The notes: generated by a model not told the origin, from the sequence alone. Shown: positions 21,651 to 32,246, counted from the stretch's first letter. The stretch: 64,000 nt of DNA from an uncultured Clostridia bacterium (GCA_934167495.1 CAKPKP010000004.1:48148-112147), one strand, 5' to 3'. Translations and numbers: made by a program.

Positions 21651-22397
21651 TTATTTTATATGTAATACTTTAATCACTCCCCACCAACAAATATGAAATA
21701 CTGAACGAAATACTGACAAATGTTCTATTTCTCTGTATAATTGCCAATGATATTTTATAAGACTAAATTTATTACTAGATATAGAATTACTACGTATTCT
21801 ATATTCCATTAAAACTTCTGTCATTCCATATATATACTTTTCTTTTTTTAATATTTGAAGCCATAAACAATCATCATTTCTTTTACGAATATTTGGTACT
21901 TCAAATTTTCCCAATTTTTCAACATTATACATTACTGTTGAATTTCCTACTGGACAATCTAGTAATATTCTATTATAGTCAGCTCTTTTTTTAGTTTTTA
22001 TAATTTTATTAAGCTTTTCACCAGCTTCATTTATTTGTTCATAAGCTGTACATGTAAAATTATAATTATTTTCTTTCATAAATTTTAATTGTTTCTCAAG
22101 TTTATCTTTTTTCCATAAATCGTCACTATCTAAAAAAGCCATATAGGTTCCTGATGCAATTTTCATTGCCTCAGTTCTGGCGATTGCTGCACCGCTATTA
22201 TTTTCGAGTTTATTATATTTAATTCTTGAATCATTAAAAGCTTTTACAACCTCTTCTGTATTATCTTTTGAGCAATCATCTACTATAATTAATTCCCAAT
22301 TACTATATGTTTGATTAAGTACTGATTCTATTGTTTTTCCAATAAATTTAGCACAATTGTAAGTTGGCATAATTATTGATACTAATTCATTTTCCAT
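21651..22397 (-). CDS. Family 2 glycosyltransferase
   Basis: VSIIMPTYNCAKFI...IIVDDCSKD...FLDSDD motifs. Confidence 0.87.
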   Translation of the reverse strand: MENELVSIIMPTYNCAKFIGKTIESVLNQTYSNWELIIVDDCSKDNTEEVVKAFNDSRIKYNKLENNSGAAIARTEAMKIASGTYMAFLDSDDLWKKDKLEKQLKFMKENNYNFTCTAYEQINEAGEKLNKIIKTKKRADYNRILLDCPVGNSTVMYNVEKLGKFEVPNIRKRNDDCLWLQILKKEKYIYGMTEVLMEYRIRSNSISSNKFSLIKYHWQLYREIEHLSVFRSVFHICWWGVIKVLHIK

Positions 22398-22423
22398 ATT
22401 TTTTCTCCATAAATACTGTTTTA

Positions 22424-23113
22424 TTAAAACACTGTTTTAAAACAAATTTTTATATCTTCTAATATATTAAATTTTTTAATATATTCTAAATTCCATTTCA
22501 TTTTTTCTGGTAATATTCTTTTTACATAAATATCATCTATCTTTTCACCATTTTGTAGATATTTACTAATTATTTCATCTTCATCTTTATATTCAATACT
22601 AGCTCTTGATGAAATTCCTGCTGGCATAAGTAATGTAGCTTTCATTTCATCAGTATATTCATTTACGTACTTTTCAACTTCTGGTCTTGTACCAACAAAA
22701 GTCATTTCCCCTTTTAAAACATTTATAAGTTGTGGAAATTCATCTAATCTACATTTTCTTATTTTCTTTCCTACATTTGTTATTCTTGAATCTTCACCAA
22801 TTGTAACTAAAGCTCCTTTTTTATCTGCATCTTGTTCCATTGTTCTGAATTTAAAAATTTTAAATTTTTTGCCATATTTAGTTATTCTTTCTTGCCTATA
22901 GAACACTGGACCTTTTGAATCTACTTTTATAGCAATTGCTAAAATTAACATTATTGGCGATAAAATAATTAATAAAATAAGTGATGCTATAATATCAAAT
23001 ATTCTTTTTATCACTAAATTTATCTTTTTATGTGAAAGAATATCATAATATTCCTTCACATATTCATTTTTCATATTTTCCGGCAATTCTTCATATTTTA
23101 ACATTTTGTGCAT
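22424..23113 (-). CDS. Undecaprenyl-phosphate sugar phosphotransferase (small PglC/WbaP-C type initiating transferase)
   Basis: Single N-terminal re-entrant helix. KFRTM...DEFPQLINVLKGEMTFVGTRP signature. Confidence 0.87.
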   Translation of the reverse strand: MHKMLKYEELPENMKNEYVKEYYDILSHKKINLVIKRIFDIIASLILLIILSPIMLILAIAIKVDSKGPVFYRQERITKYGKKFKIFKFRTMEQDADKKGALVTIGEDSRITNVGKKIRKCRLDEFPQLINVLKGEMTFVGTRPEVEKYVNEYTDEMKATLLMPAGISSRASIEYKDEDEIISKYLQNGEKIDDIYVKRILPEKMKWNLEYIKKFNILEDIKICFKTVF

Positions 23114-24318
23114 TCTCCAACAATCTCTTTAAAATTTTCAATAATATAATCAACTTGTTCATCTGTTAATTTTGTATATAATGGTAATGTAACTTCATTT
23201 TTGTAGAAATTATATGCATTTGGATAGTCTTCAATATTGAAACCTAACTTCTTATATGCTGTAAGCATTGGAAGTGGCTTATAATGCACATTACATGCTA
23301 CTCCTCTTTCTGCCATTTTTGTTATAATTTCATTTCTTTTTTGCTCATCTATATTTTTTATTCTTACTAAATAAAGATGTCCTGAAGAAGTATGATCTTC
23401 ATCTTTATGATTTAAAACTTCAACTGGTAATTCTTTAAATGCTTCATTATATTTTTTTATTATTTCTTGTCTTCTTTTTATTAAGCCACTATATCTCTCC
23501 ATTTGAGCAAGACCAATACTTGCACAAATATCTGTCATATTACATTTGTAATATGTATCTACAATATCATATTCCCATGCTCCAGCAGTAGTTTTATGTA
23601 GAGCATCTTTAGTTTGTCCATGTAATGACAATAGTTGATATTTTTTATATACTTCATCATTATCAAGTCCTTCTCTACTTTTCCAAACAACCGCTCCACC
23701 TTCGGCTGTTGTAAGATTTTTTACAGCATGGAATGAAAAAGTACTAAAATCTGAATATTCACCTGCCATTTTTCCTTTTCTTTGAGCACCTAATGCATGT
23801 GCACAATCTGAAATTACTATTACTCTATTATACAATTTTTGAATATCATTATTTGGTGTGAATAAGTTCTTTTTTTCTTCTACTATTTTAAATATTTTTT
23901 CATAATCACACATAACCCCTGCTATATCTACTGGTATAATTGCTTTTGTTTTCTCAGTAATAGCATCTGCTAATTTTTCATAATTCATTTCAAAAGAATC
24001 TTTTTGTATATCTACTAAAACAATTTTAGCGCCAACATGTGCTATAGGACTTGCTGATGCAGTGTATGTATAACTTGATGTAATTACTTCATCACCTTCT
24101 CCTATTCCTAATACTCTTAAAGTCATTTCTAATGATGCTGTTGCTGAATTTAAACATACGGCTTTTTCTGTATGGCATAATTCAGCTATTTCTTTCTCGA
24201 ATTGTTTAGTTTTAGGACCTGTTGTAATCCATCCTGATTTCAAAGCTTCAATTACATTTTTAATTTCCCCTTCACCTATATCTGGTGGTGAAAATGGAAT
24301 ATTCATTTTTACATTCAT
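23098..24318 (-). CDS. DegT/DnrJ/EryC1/StrS-family sugar aminotransferase (PglE-like)
   Basis: 406 aa. PLP-lysine region FSFHAVKNLTTAEGG. Confidence 0.87.
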   Translation of the reverse strand: MNVKMNIPFSPPDIGEGEIKNVIEALKSGWITTGPKTKQFEKEIAELCHTEKAVCLNSATASLEMTLRVLGIGEGDEVITSSYTYTASASPIAHVGAKIVLVDIQKDSFEMNYEKLADAITEKTKAIIPVDIAGVMCDYEKIFKIVEEKKNLFTPNNDIQKLYNRVIVISDCAHALGAQRKGKMAGEYSDFSTFSFHAVKNLTTAEGGAVVWKSREGLDNDEVYKKYQLLSLHGQTKDALHKTTAGAWEYDIVDTYYKCNMTDICASIGLAQMERYSGLIKRRQEIIKKYNEAFKELPVEVLNHKDEDHTSSGHLYLVRIKNIDEQKRNEIITKMAERGVACNVHYKPLPMLTAYKKLGFNIEDYPNAYNFYKNEVTLPLYTKLTDEQVDYIIENFKEIVGECTKC

Positions 24319-24415
24319 CTTTTCTCCCTTTAATCAATCTTATAGATTGATTCCTTTCTATATTCTTTTAGCAAAATAGAAAGGAATTATACTTTCTATT
24401 TTTGCTTAATTTAAA

Positions 24416-26293
24416 CTAATTTTTATTAACTTCTTCTGGATCTTTAAACGTTGGTACAACACTCTTTAGTGTTGCCTTAACATTCTCTCTAGAATAATTT
24501 TCATCATATTGTAATTGTTCTAGTGTATTTAATTTACCTTGTAATTCTTCCATTTCTATGCACATTGGTTTAGCTACAAATATTTTTTCATGTTTTGTTG
24601 CAGTTAATCCTTCTTCTGACATTAATATTTCTTCATATAATTTTTCCCCAGGTCTTAAACCAGTTATTTGAATTGGAATATCAACATTTGGTTCATATCC
24701 AAGAAGTTTAATCATTTTTATTGCTAAATCATATATTTTTACAGGCTCACCCATGTCAAGTACAAATATTTCTCCACCTTTTGCATATGTTACAGCTTGT
24801 AATATTAACTGTACAGCTTCTGGTATAGTCATAAAAAATCTTGTAATATCTTTATGTGTTACTGTTACAGGTCCGCCCTTCGTAATTTGTTTTTTAAATA
24901 ATGGTATTACAGAGCCATTGCTTCCAAGTACGTTACCAAATCTCACTGCTGCATATTCTGTTTTACTTATTTTGTTTTTAGCTTGAACTATTATTTCACA
25001 AACTCTTTTAGTTGCTCCCATTATATTAGTTGGATTAACAGCTTTATCTGTTGAAATTAATATAAACTTTTCAACATTATATTCGTCCGCGCAATTTACA
25101 GTATTATATGTTCCAAACACATTATTTTTTATAGCTTCTAATGGATTGTTTTCCATTAAAGGAACATGTTTATGTGCTGCAGCATGGAAAACTATTTGTG
25201 GTTTATATTCTTCAAAGACTTCTTTTAATCTTGCTTTATCTCTAACACTTGCAACAACCGCATCTATGTCAGCTTTTGGATAAGCAGATTTAAGCTCTAC
25301 TTCAATATCATATAAATTATTTTCATAAATATCTAATATTATTAATTTTTTAGGTTCATATTTTATAATCTGTCTACAAAGCTCTGAACCTATAGAACCT
25401 CCTCCGCCAGTTACTAAAACATTTTTATTTTTTATTAAAGAATGAATATTTTTATTATCTAGCTGAATTGCTTCTCTTCCTAATAAATCTTCAATTTCTA
25501 TATCTCTTAAACTGTTTATTGCACCTTGTTTATCTATAACTTCTTCAGTAGTAGGAAGTACTCTTGTCTTGACTTCTGTTTCTTGACATATTTCAATAAT
25601 CTTCTTTCTTGATGCTGCATCTATTCTGTTTATTGCAAAGAAAATTATATCTACATCATTCTCTGAAACAACTTTAGGAATATCGTATCTTGTTCCTAAA
25701 ACTTTAACGCCTAATATGTAGTGATTTAATTTACTTTTATCATCATCTATTATTCCAACTATATTATATTTATTTCTCATTGAATTTTTAACTGCTATTA
25801 CAATTTCTCTTCCTCCCATACCAGCACCAATGATTAATAAATTCTTTATTTTTCTTTTTTCTATGTTTTGATTTTCTTCTTCTTTTTTAGCTATTATTCT
25901 AGTAATTATAGATCTGCCTGCTAAACGATACATAACAAACATACCAGCTATCATTATTCCAGATAGAATATTTAATTTTGGATTAATATATTTTAATTGT
26001 AATGATACATCCATTAATGAAAGTAAAATAACAGATAAAATTGAACTAATTATATAATTAACGTAATCTTTTCCTACTTCATATCTCATCAAGTTTTGAT
26101 ACATATGAAATAAATTTAAAAAAATCTCATATGTAATTATTACGAGTAACATTTCTTTTCCAAAATTTATAAAGTTTTCAATTTTTATATCTAAAAAAAG
26201 CATTGATACTAAATAAACTACAACCATTATACAAATATCTATTAGTATAAGGAATATATTTCTATTTCTATTAATAATTTCTCTTATTTTCAT
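24416..26293 (-). CDS. Membrane-anchored nucleotide-sugar 4,6-dehydratase (CapD/PglF-like polysaccharide biosynthesis protein)
   Basis: N-terminal TM helices, then two Rossmann regions (IIGAGMGG and VTGGGGSIGSE), 625 aa. Confidence 0.87.
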   Translation of the reverse strand: MKIREIINRNRNIFLILIDICIMVVVYLVSMLFLDIKIENFINFGKEMLLVIITYEIFLNLFHMYQNLMRYEVGKDYVNYIISSILSVILLSLMDVSLQLKYINPKLNILSGIMIAGMFVMYRLAGRSIITRIIAKKEEENQNIEKRKIKNLLIIGAGMGGREIVIAVKNSMRNKYNIVGIIDDDKSKLNHYILGVKVLGTRYDIPKVVSENDVDIIFFAINRIDAASRKKIIEICQETEVKTRVLPTTEEVIDKQGAINSLRDIEIEDLLGREAIQLDNKNIHSLIKNKNVLVTGGGGSIGSELCRQIIKYEPKKLIILDIYENNLYDIEVELKSAYPKADIDAVVASVRDKARLKEVFEEYKPQIVFHAAAHKHVPLMENNPLEAIKNNVFGTYNTVNCADEYNVEKFILISTDKAVNPTNIMGATKRVCEIIVQAKNKISKTEYAAVRFGNVLGSNGSVIPLFKKQITKGGPVTVTHKDITRFFMTIPEAVQLILQAVTYAKGGEIFVLDMGEPVKIYDLAIKMIKLLGYEPNVDIPIQITGLRPGEKLYEEILMSEEGLTATKHEKIFVAKPMCIEMEELQGKLNTLEQLQYDENYSRENVKATLKSVVPTFKDPEEVNKN

Positions 26294-26323
26294 TTAAGTT
26301 CCCCTTAATTTTATGTTTTTCAC

Positions 26324-26352
26324 ATTATATATCACCTACTATTTAATATCAA
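26324..26352 (-). promoter_or_regulatory. Sigma-A-type promoter for the polysaccharide operon
   Basis: On the minus strand: TTGATA, 17 nt, TATAAT, about 30 nt upstream of the capD-like ATG. Confidence 0.55.
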
Positions 26353-26417
26353 GTTTTTTTGACAAATTTATATTTTTTATTTCAATTTTGTTATCAATGC
26401 TGTCAATGGTTGTCAAT

Positions 26418-28077
26418 GGGGACGGCAGGCTGTCTAAAATTTAATCGTGAATTTTATAGGAGCGTACAATCTTCGACCGAATTTTTAAAAAAATCACTAA
26501 AAAAAGAAAATAATTCAAGCAATTTGTTTTTGTTTGAATTATTTTCTCTTTTTAAGGCTTTAATTGCCTCTATTATTTCTTTTATTCCTTTTATTTTGCA
26601 TACTCGTTTTATATTATATATTAAAAAGTTCATGAAAGATTCACCTTTTACTTTTTCGTTTCCTCTAAGTAAAAAGTATATAAATCCCAAATCTCTCTTT
26701 ACTGTTCCAAATACATGCTCTACTATCATTTGTCTTGTATGATATAAATCCATGTTTTCAATTTGTCGAACTTTAGCTTCTTCTAAATATTTATCATTTG
26801 CAGTTTTATGAATGGCTTTTCCATTTTTGCTTGATGTACACCTTTCTCTGTTAGGACATTCTTTGCATGCTTTTCTGTTTACATATTTTATTTCTTTAAC
26901 TCCTGTTTTGTGTAATATTTTTTCCATTGGGCATACATAGTAATCATTCTCTTTATTATACTTAAAGTCTGCTTTTTGATATCCTTTACTACCTTGTTCC
27001 TTTTGGCTTGATACACTTGTTGTTATATTATCTTCTGCACATTTCTTTAATTCCTCTCCATTCCAATATCCCTTATCTGCAAGTACTGTTATCTTATCTA
27101 CTTCCAATTCTTTTTTCGTCTGTTTTGCTATGTTGCTTAACTGACCTTGGTCTGCTGGACTACTTGTTACATCTACTGTTACTACTAGGTGAGCTTTATT
27201 ATCTACTGCTATTTGTACATTATGAGATATGTCTGTTCCATTATTGTTTGTTTTCATATGCCTGGAATCTAGATCTGTTATTGAAATTTCTCCTTTTTGC
27301 TCAATTTCTTTTTTTATTTCTTCTAATTCATTTACTCTTTTTTTAGCTTCTTCTATTTTTTCCTTTAATTCCTGCTTATCTATTTTTACTTTATTTTCTT
27401 TTTCTTCATAATCTTCTTTATCTAATATTTCTATGTATTTATCTATATTTTCTTCGTAATATTTTATCTGTTTATCTATTTTTCCTTTTGTATAATTTTT
27501 CTTTCTTCCATTATTTGCTCTAAACTTTGAACCATCTATTGCTACTATTTCTTTTCCTATTAAATTTAATGAATCACATAGTATTGAAAATTCTTTAAAT
27601 ACTTTTTTCATATTCGTTATGTTATTTTTCCTAAAATCTGGTTTTAATTCATTTATCAACCAAAATATTTCTATATTTCTTTCACATTCTATTGCTAATT
27701 TTCTTGATGAGCGTATACCATTAAAATATCCATACAAATACAATTTTAACAAGTCTTTTGGATTGTATGAAGGTCTTCCTACTATTGTTTTATCTCTATT
27801 TGCATTTTTAAATTCTAATTTTTTCAAATCTAAATTATCTACAAATACTTCTAATACTCTTACTGGATTGTCCTCTGATATCATTTCATCATAGCAAGTT
27901 GGTATTAAACTATATTGTTTTGTATTTATTTTTCCTTTTATATATCCACTCATTAAAACACCTCAAACTATTTATTTTTCTAGACCTATTTTATCATAAA
28001 ATAACCTAGATTTGTATAGTTTGAGGTTAATTATTTTTTAAAATTCATGATTAATTTTTAGACAGCCTGACGTCCCC
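26418..28077 (-). mobile_element. IS1182-type insertion sequence, apparently intact (1660 bp)
   Basis: 39-bp terminal inverted repeats with 36/39 identity (GGGGACGGCAGGCTGTCTAAAATTTAATCGTGAATTTTA versus the reverse complement of 28039-28077), enclosing one 499-aa transposase ORF. Confidence 0.85.
26454..27953 (-). CDS. IS1182/IS5-like DDE transposase
   Basis: N-terminal InsH-type region (GRPSYNPKDLLKLYLYGYFNGIRSSRKL), coiled-coil middle, Cys-rich C-terminal region (CPMEK...CKECPNRERC). Confidence 0.85.
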   Translation of the reverse strand: MSGYIKGKINTKQYSLIPTCYDEMISEDNPVRVLEVFVDNLDLKKLEFKNANRDKTIVGRPSYNPKDLLKLYLYGYFNGIRSSRKLAIECERNIEIFWLINELKPDFRKNNITNMKKVFKEFSILCDSLNLIGKEIVAIDGSKFRANNGRKKNYTKGKIDKQIKYYEENIDKYIEILDKEDYEEKENKVKIDKQELKEKIEEAKKRVNELEEIKKEIEQKGEISITDLDSRHMKTNNNGTDISHNVQIAVDNKAHLVVTVDVTSSPADQGQLSNIAKQTKKELEVDKITVLADKGYWNGEELKKCAEDNITTSVSSQKEQGSKGYQKADFKYNKENDYYVCPMEKILHKTGVKEIKYVNRKACKECPNRERCTSSKNGKAIHKTANDKYLEEAKVRQIENMDLYHTRQMIVEHVFGTVKRDLGFIYFLLRGNEKVKGESFMNFLIYNIKRVCKIKGIKEIIEAIKALKRENNSNKNKLLELFSFFSDFFKNSVEDCTLL

Positions 28078-28106
28078 TTGTCTTGCTTTATCTTGGAATG
28101 TAAAAA

Positions 28107-28135
28107 TTGACTTTTTATGTAAAATATGGTATACT
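28107..28135 (+). promoter_or_regulatory. Near-consensus sigma-A promoter of the orphan gene
   Basis: TTGACT (28107-12), exactly 17 nt, TATACT (28130-35). GGGAGG RBS at 28212-17. Confidence 0.65.
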
Positions 28136-28224
28136 TACATTATAAGTATTATTTATTCCTTATGCTTATACATTTATATTTAAACAGTTTTAAACAGTTT
28201 TACTGAAAATAGGGAGGAACTACT

Positions 28225-29016
28225 ATGTTTGGAAAAAATGCAAAAAAAGATAATCCTTTTATCTCTCGGATGACATGTTACATGAATAATGCTATGGCAT
28301 CTAACTACTATCATGTATCTTGTGCAGAAGAAATCAAACCCATTCTTAAAGCTTTTTTTAAGAAGTCTATGTCTGCTAAAGTTAATTGGGAAGATGGCGG
28401 AAGTGTATGTTCTCAAATTGAAAAGATCACAGAGGCTGTACAACATATTGCTGAGAACACACGCAACTATGAAAGAATGAGTGATGAAGAAGTTACGGTA
28501 TTCCAGAAAATTTTTGAGGAATTTGATGCACTTCATGCTGAAGTTCTCAATCTTTACTCTCAGTCTCAGTATAAAAATTCCATCATGTATGACAAGATTA
28601 ATTGCATCTGCGAAATAGCGTGCAAGAACCATGTTGGTACGCATGACTCAAAAGTAATGCATGAACATTGGCGTAATGGTATGATTTTCCAGAACTATGA
28701 GAACTTGTGGAAGGTTATACATCGGGTAAACACTGAATGGGATGAGTTGTGTAGCAGAGGATTTTCTCTTAAAGTATTCTATGACTTTTGGGATGTTTTC
28801 AAGTATGACAGAAATCATGGTGAAGAAATATCTGAGGAAGAAAAGATTAAGACTTTTATGGCATTGCTTGACGGAAAAATGAAGTTTATACCAGTATATC
28901 GCCATGAATATAGACCGCTCGGTTTCAAAATTGTTGACAATGACTTTGATGATGAGATTGTCTATACTTCCGATGTCAAGAATAACAATAGTCATCGCAT
29001 GAGACAATTAGGATAA
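28225..29016 (+). CDS. Hypothetical cytoplasmic protein, 263 aa, no family recognised; GC-richer orphan
   Basis: Strong RBS, own promoter and terminator. No TM or signal peptide. Cys/His-containing patches (CICEIACKNHVGTHDSKVMHEHW). Uses CGG (Arg) twice. Confidence 0.7.
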   Translation: MFGKNAKKDNPFISRMTCYMNNAMASNYYHVSCAEEIKPILKAFFKKSMSAKVNWEDGGSVCSQIEKITEAVQHIAENTRNYERMSDEEVTVFQKIFEEFDALHAEVLNLYSQSQYKNSIMYDKINCICEIACKNHVGTHDSKVMHEHWRNGMIFQNYENLWKVIHRVNTEWDELCSRGFSLKVFYDFWDVFKYDRNHGEEISEEEKIKTFMALLDGKMKFIPVYRHEYRPLGFKIVDNDFDDEIVYTSDVKNNNSHRMRQLG

Positions 29017-29082
29017 GAAGCGACTCCATGTGCAACAACAGAAGAGTAATTCAATTTCCAAATTGCAAGTGCAAGTAGTATG

Positions 29083-29114
29083 AAAAAGACTGGCTCGAAA
29101 GAGCCAGTCTTTTT
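29083..29114. terminator. Bidirectional rho-independent terminator
   Basis: Perfect 14-bp stem AAAAAGACTGGCTC-GAAA-GAGCCAGTCTTTTT between the convergent orphan gene and the ABC permease. Confidence 0.85.
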
Positions 29115-29134
29115 GCTTTCAAACTAAGTTTAAA

Positions 29135-31534
29135 TTATTCGTTTGCTTTTAAGCTTGATACCATATCTATTGTTTTTACCTTATTTGATAATTTTCTATT
29201 AACAAGTATTGAAACTAAAAATGTTCCTATTGCTGAATATATATATGATACTAATCTTATTTTTGCATTAAAATCATAGTTATCTCCTAAAGCTGATTTA
29301 AATATATAATCTGTCATTAAAAATCCTAAAGGTAATCCTATAATTATTGCTAAGGTTGTTATCCATGTATTTTGTTTTACAAATATTTTCTTTATTTGTT
29401 TATCATTAAATCCTAATACTTTCAATGTTGCAAATTGATATTGCTTTTCGCTGAATGATAATATTCCTAAATTGTATATTATTACACATCCTAATATTAT
29501 TGAAACTACTACTAAAAGAACAACCATCATTTTAACAGTTTTAAGCATACTTTCCATGCCTTCTCTTAATGCACTTATATTTTGGATTAGCTCTACACCT
29601 TCTAGAGTTTTAATATTACTTAAATCTTCGTTTGTATAAATAGAATCTGCTTTATATTCTAATCCTATTTCTTCTGCAAACTTTCTGCTCATTGTTAAAG
29701 TTTGATTTTGTGGCTCTCTATTCAATCCTATAATTTTTGTTGTGTACCATTTATCATCTCCAAATGCATGCCATGTAATATCATCGCCTACTTTTAAGTC
29801 TAATTTATTTGCTAATTTTTCTGTTAAATAAACACCATCATCCTTTAAATCTATATATCCTCTATTATGTCCTGTTGTTTTTAAATATTCTTTAGCATCA
29901 TTTATTACTATAGTATTTGCTTCTTTTTCATCATTGTTTTTCTTAAATTCTATTCCTAATGTTTGACTTGTAGCATTTCCATAGTCTTTTACTAATTTAT
30001 CATATTGATCATCTGTATAATCTGTTTCTAGAGAAAGTTTATATTTGAAATTATATAATGTACTAAATTGCCAATCTAAATAAGAATTCATTGTATCCAA
30101 CATTCCTAATGCACATACTATAAGCATTGTACAACCAACAACACCAACTACTCCCATAGCTGTTCTACTTTTATTTCTACCTATATCTCTTAAATTCCAT
30201 CTTGTTGATAATGAAGCTTTTTTTAATATTCCTTTTGTTGTTAAATCAAAATTTGTTTTCTTTACTTTTGGTATTTCAAGTCTTAATGCTTCAACAGCTG
30301 GTTGTTTTAAAACTTTTCTGCAAGATAAGTATGTAACTATTGTAGTTATAGCTATTACTGCTATCGCTAATACATATACTATTGGTAATGTTACAGTACT
30401 ATATACAGGCACTTCAAAATATGACATTTCCATTTCCAAGAAAAATTTTCCAAGTACAAATCTTCCTACTATAAGTGCTAATATACTAGCAAGTAAACTT
30501 ATATAAAAACCATAACTCATATAATGAATTACTATTTTTCTATTTTTTACTCCTAGAGCTTTTAAAGTTCCTATTTGTACTCTTTGTTTTTTTACAAAAC
30601 GTCTCATTGTTGTTATAACTGATAAAACAGCTATAAATAAGAATAATAATGTAAACACACTAGAATATGTTGATCCTTCTTCTATTTCTGAATTAAATAC
30701 CTCACAAGATGCACTTGCATCTCTATCTGTAACAGCTATTGCTGATTCAATATTATTTTCTATTGCCATTTTTACATCATTAATTTTACTTGTATCATCT
30801 ACATCTACTAACACTGTATTAAATATATAATAATCTTCTATATTAAAATTCTCTATATATTGACTTATCATGTCATTTTCAATCAAACTTTTATCTAATC
30901 CCGTTTTACTTGCAATTTCATTTTTTATTTCATCATAAATATATTCTTTTGGAAATTGATTTATTGACATATATCCAAATCCGAAATCTTTATGCGTTGG
31001 AAATAATTCAGACTCATTCTTTACACTATATACATGGTCTGGAACATTTACTAATCCAACTATTTTTTCAGTTATTTTATAATTTTGGAATGATAAAGAA
31101 ATTTCATCTCCAACTTTTAAATTTAAATTTTTAGCTAAATAACTATCAAACCAAATTCCTTCTTTATCTTTTTCAAATCCTTCTCCATCTACTACATACA
31201 TTTTTGAAATGTTATTTGATTCTATAAAATTTGCTTCAATTGTTACATCCTTAAAATTATCTAAAGTAGTAGTTAAAGTTAATTCTCTTTCTGCATCTTT
31301 TATATTATCTAATTTTTTTATATCTTCTAAATCTTCTTTAGAAAAGTTTTTCCCAGCAATCCATATATCTTGTAAATTATTTGATTCATAGAAATCTTCT
31401 CCACTTTGCTTCATACCATCCATATAAGCATGAACACCTGCAAATACAAATACTCCTAAAAACACCATAAGAAAAATAGTAATAAATTGTGAGAAATTAT
31501 TTTTTATATCTCTAAAAGCTTTTTTTCTTAACAT
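29135..31534 (-). CDS. ABC transporter permease with two FtsX/MacB-type domains
   Basis: 799 aa. Two 4-TM FtsX modules, each preceded by a large extracytoplasmic domain. Translationally coupled to the ATPase. Confidence 0.85.
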   Translation of the reverse strand: MLRKKAFRDIKNNFSQFITIFLMVFLGVFVFAGVHAYMDGMKQSGEDFYESNNLQDIWIAGKNFSKEDLEDIKKLDNIKDAERELTLTTTLDNFKDVTIEANFIESNNISKMYVVDGEGFEKDKEGIWFDSYLAKNLNLKVGDEISLSFQNYKITEKIVGLVNVPDHVYSVKNESELFPTHKDFGFGYMSINQFPKEYIYDEIKNEIASKTGLDKSLIENDMISQYIENFNIEDYYIFNTVLVDVDDTSKINDVKMAIENNIESAIAVTDRDASASCEVFNSEIEEGSTYSSVFTLLFLFIAVLSVITTMRRFVKKQRVQIGTLKALGVKNRKIVIHYMSYGFYISLLASILALIVGRFVLGKFFLEMEMSYFEVPVYSTVTLPIVYVLAIAVIAITTIVTYLSCRKVLKQPAVEALRLEIPKVKKTNFDLTTKGILKKASLSTRWNLRDIGRNKSRTAMGVVGVVGCTMLIVCALGMLDTMNSYLDWQFSTLYNFKYKLSLETDYTDDQYDKLVKDYGNATSQTLGIEFKKNNDEKEANTIVINDAKEYLKTTGHNRGYIDLKDDGVYLTEKLANKLDLKVGDDITWHAFGDDKWYTTKIIGLNREPQNQTLTMSRKFAEEIGLEYKADSIYTNEDLSNIKTLEGVELIQNISALREGMESMLKTVKMMVVLLVVVSIILGCVIIYNLGILSFSEKQYQFATLKVLGFNDKQIKKIFVKQNTWITTLAIIIGLPLGFLMTDYIFKSALGDNYDFNAKIRLVSYIYSAIGTFLVSILVNRKLSNKVKTIDMVSSLKANE

Positions 31535-31535
31535 T

Positions 31536-32246
31536 TTACCATTTCACCTCATCAATCTTTTTTGGATTATTATTTGATTCAACGCTCTCTATTTGCCCAT
31601 TTTTTACTCTTATTACTGTATCTGCTATTTCAGCAAATAAGCTATTATGTGTAACTATTATTACAGTATTTGCTCCATTGTTTCTATCGCATTGTTCTTT
31701 TAATATTTTTAATACTTGCACACCTGTTTTTGAATCTAAGGCTCCTGTTGGTTCATCACATAATAATAATTTTGGATTTTTAGCAATTGCTCTTGCTATT
31801 GAAACTCTTTGTTGTTCACCTCCAGATAATTGATTTGGGAATTTACTAACATGTTCTATTAATCCAACATCTTTTAAAGCTTCTTTACTGTCTATTGGAT
31901 TTTTTACAATTTCTTTAACTAAATCTACATTTTCTAATACTGTAAGTGTTGGTAATATATTATAAAATTGAAAAATAAATCCTATATTTTCAGCTCTATA
32001 GTTACTTAATTGATTTTCATTATAATTAGATATATTTTCTCCATCTATTATTACTTCACCACTAGTTGGGCTATCCATTCCACCAATTAAATTTAATAAT
32101 GTTGATTTTCCTGCGCCAGATGGTCCTAATATAACAACTAATTCACCTTTCTTTATTGATAAGTTTATAGAATTTAATGCTTTAAACTCTTTTTCTCCAA
32201 TTTTGTAAGATTTACTTACATTTTTTAATTCCACTATTTTTTCCAT
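31536..32246 (-). CDS. ABC transporter ATP-binding protein (MacB/LolD-like)
   Basis: Walker [10 protein letters not shown], signature LSGGEQQR, Walker B LLLCDEPT. Confidence 0.92.
   Translation of the reverse strand: MEKIVELKNVSKSYKIGEKEFKALNSINLSIKKGELVVILGPSGAGKSTLLNLIGGMDSPTSGEVIIDGENISNYNENQLSNYRAENIGFIFQFYNILPTLTVLENVDLVKEIVKNPIDSKEALKDVGLIEHVSKFPNQLSGGEQQRVSIARAIAKNPKLLLCDEPTGALDSKTGVQVLKILKEQCDRNNGANTVIIVTHNSLFAEIADTVIRVKNGQIESVESNNNPKKIDEVKW

Noticed and set aside
24319-24415. Possible riboswitch or leader RNA inside the cps operon
   Set aside because: I see only two simple hairpins, too short and too unstructured for any riboswitch class I recognise. I noted it as a possible attenuator only.
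26359-27894. Plus-strand ORFs inside the IS (26359..26742, 27008..27346, 27229..27411, 27619..27894)
   Set aside because: They are antisense to the intact transposase gene, low in complexity, and one crosses the IS terminal repeat.
26410-28082. TTGTC as the target-site duplication of the IS
   Set aside because: The left copy is separated from the inverted repeat by 3 nt (AAT), so the duplication is not cleanly abutting. The ends cannot be fixed from a single copy.
28180-29007. Minus-strand ORFs 28180..28644 and 28648..29007, opposite the orphan gene
   Set aside because: The plus-strand ORF has the promoter, RBS and terminator in the correct orientation. The minus-strand ORFs have none and would run into the IS end.
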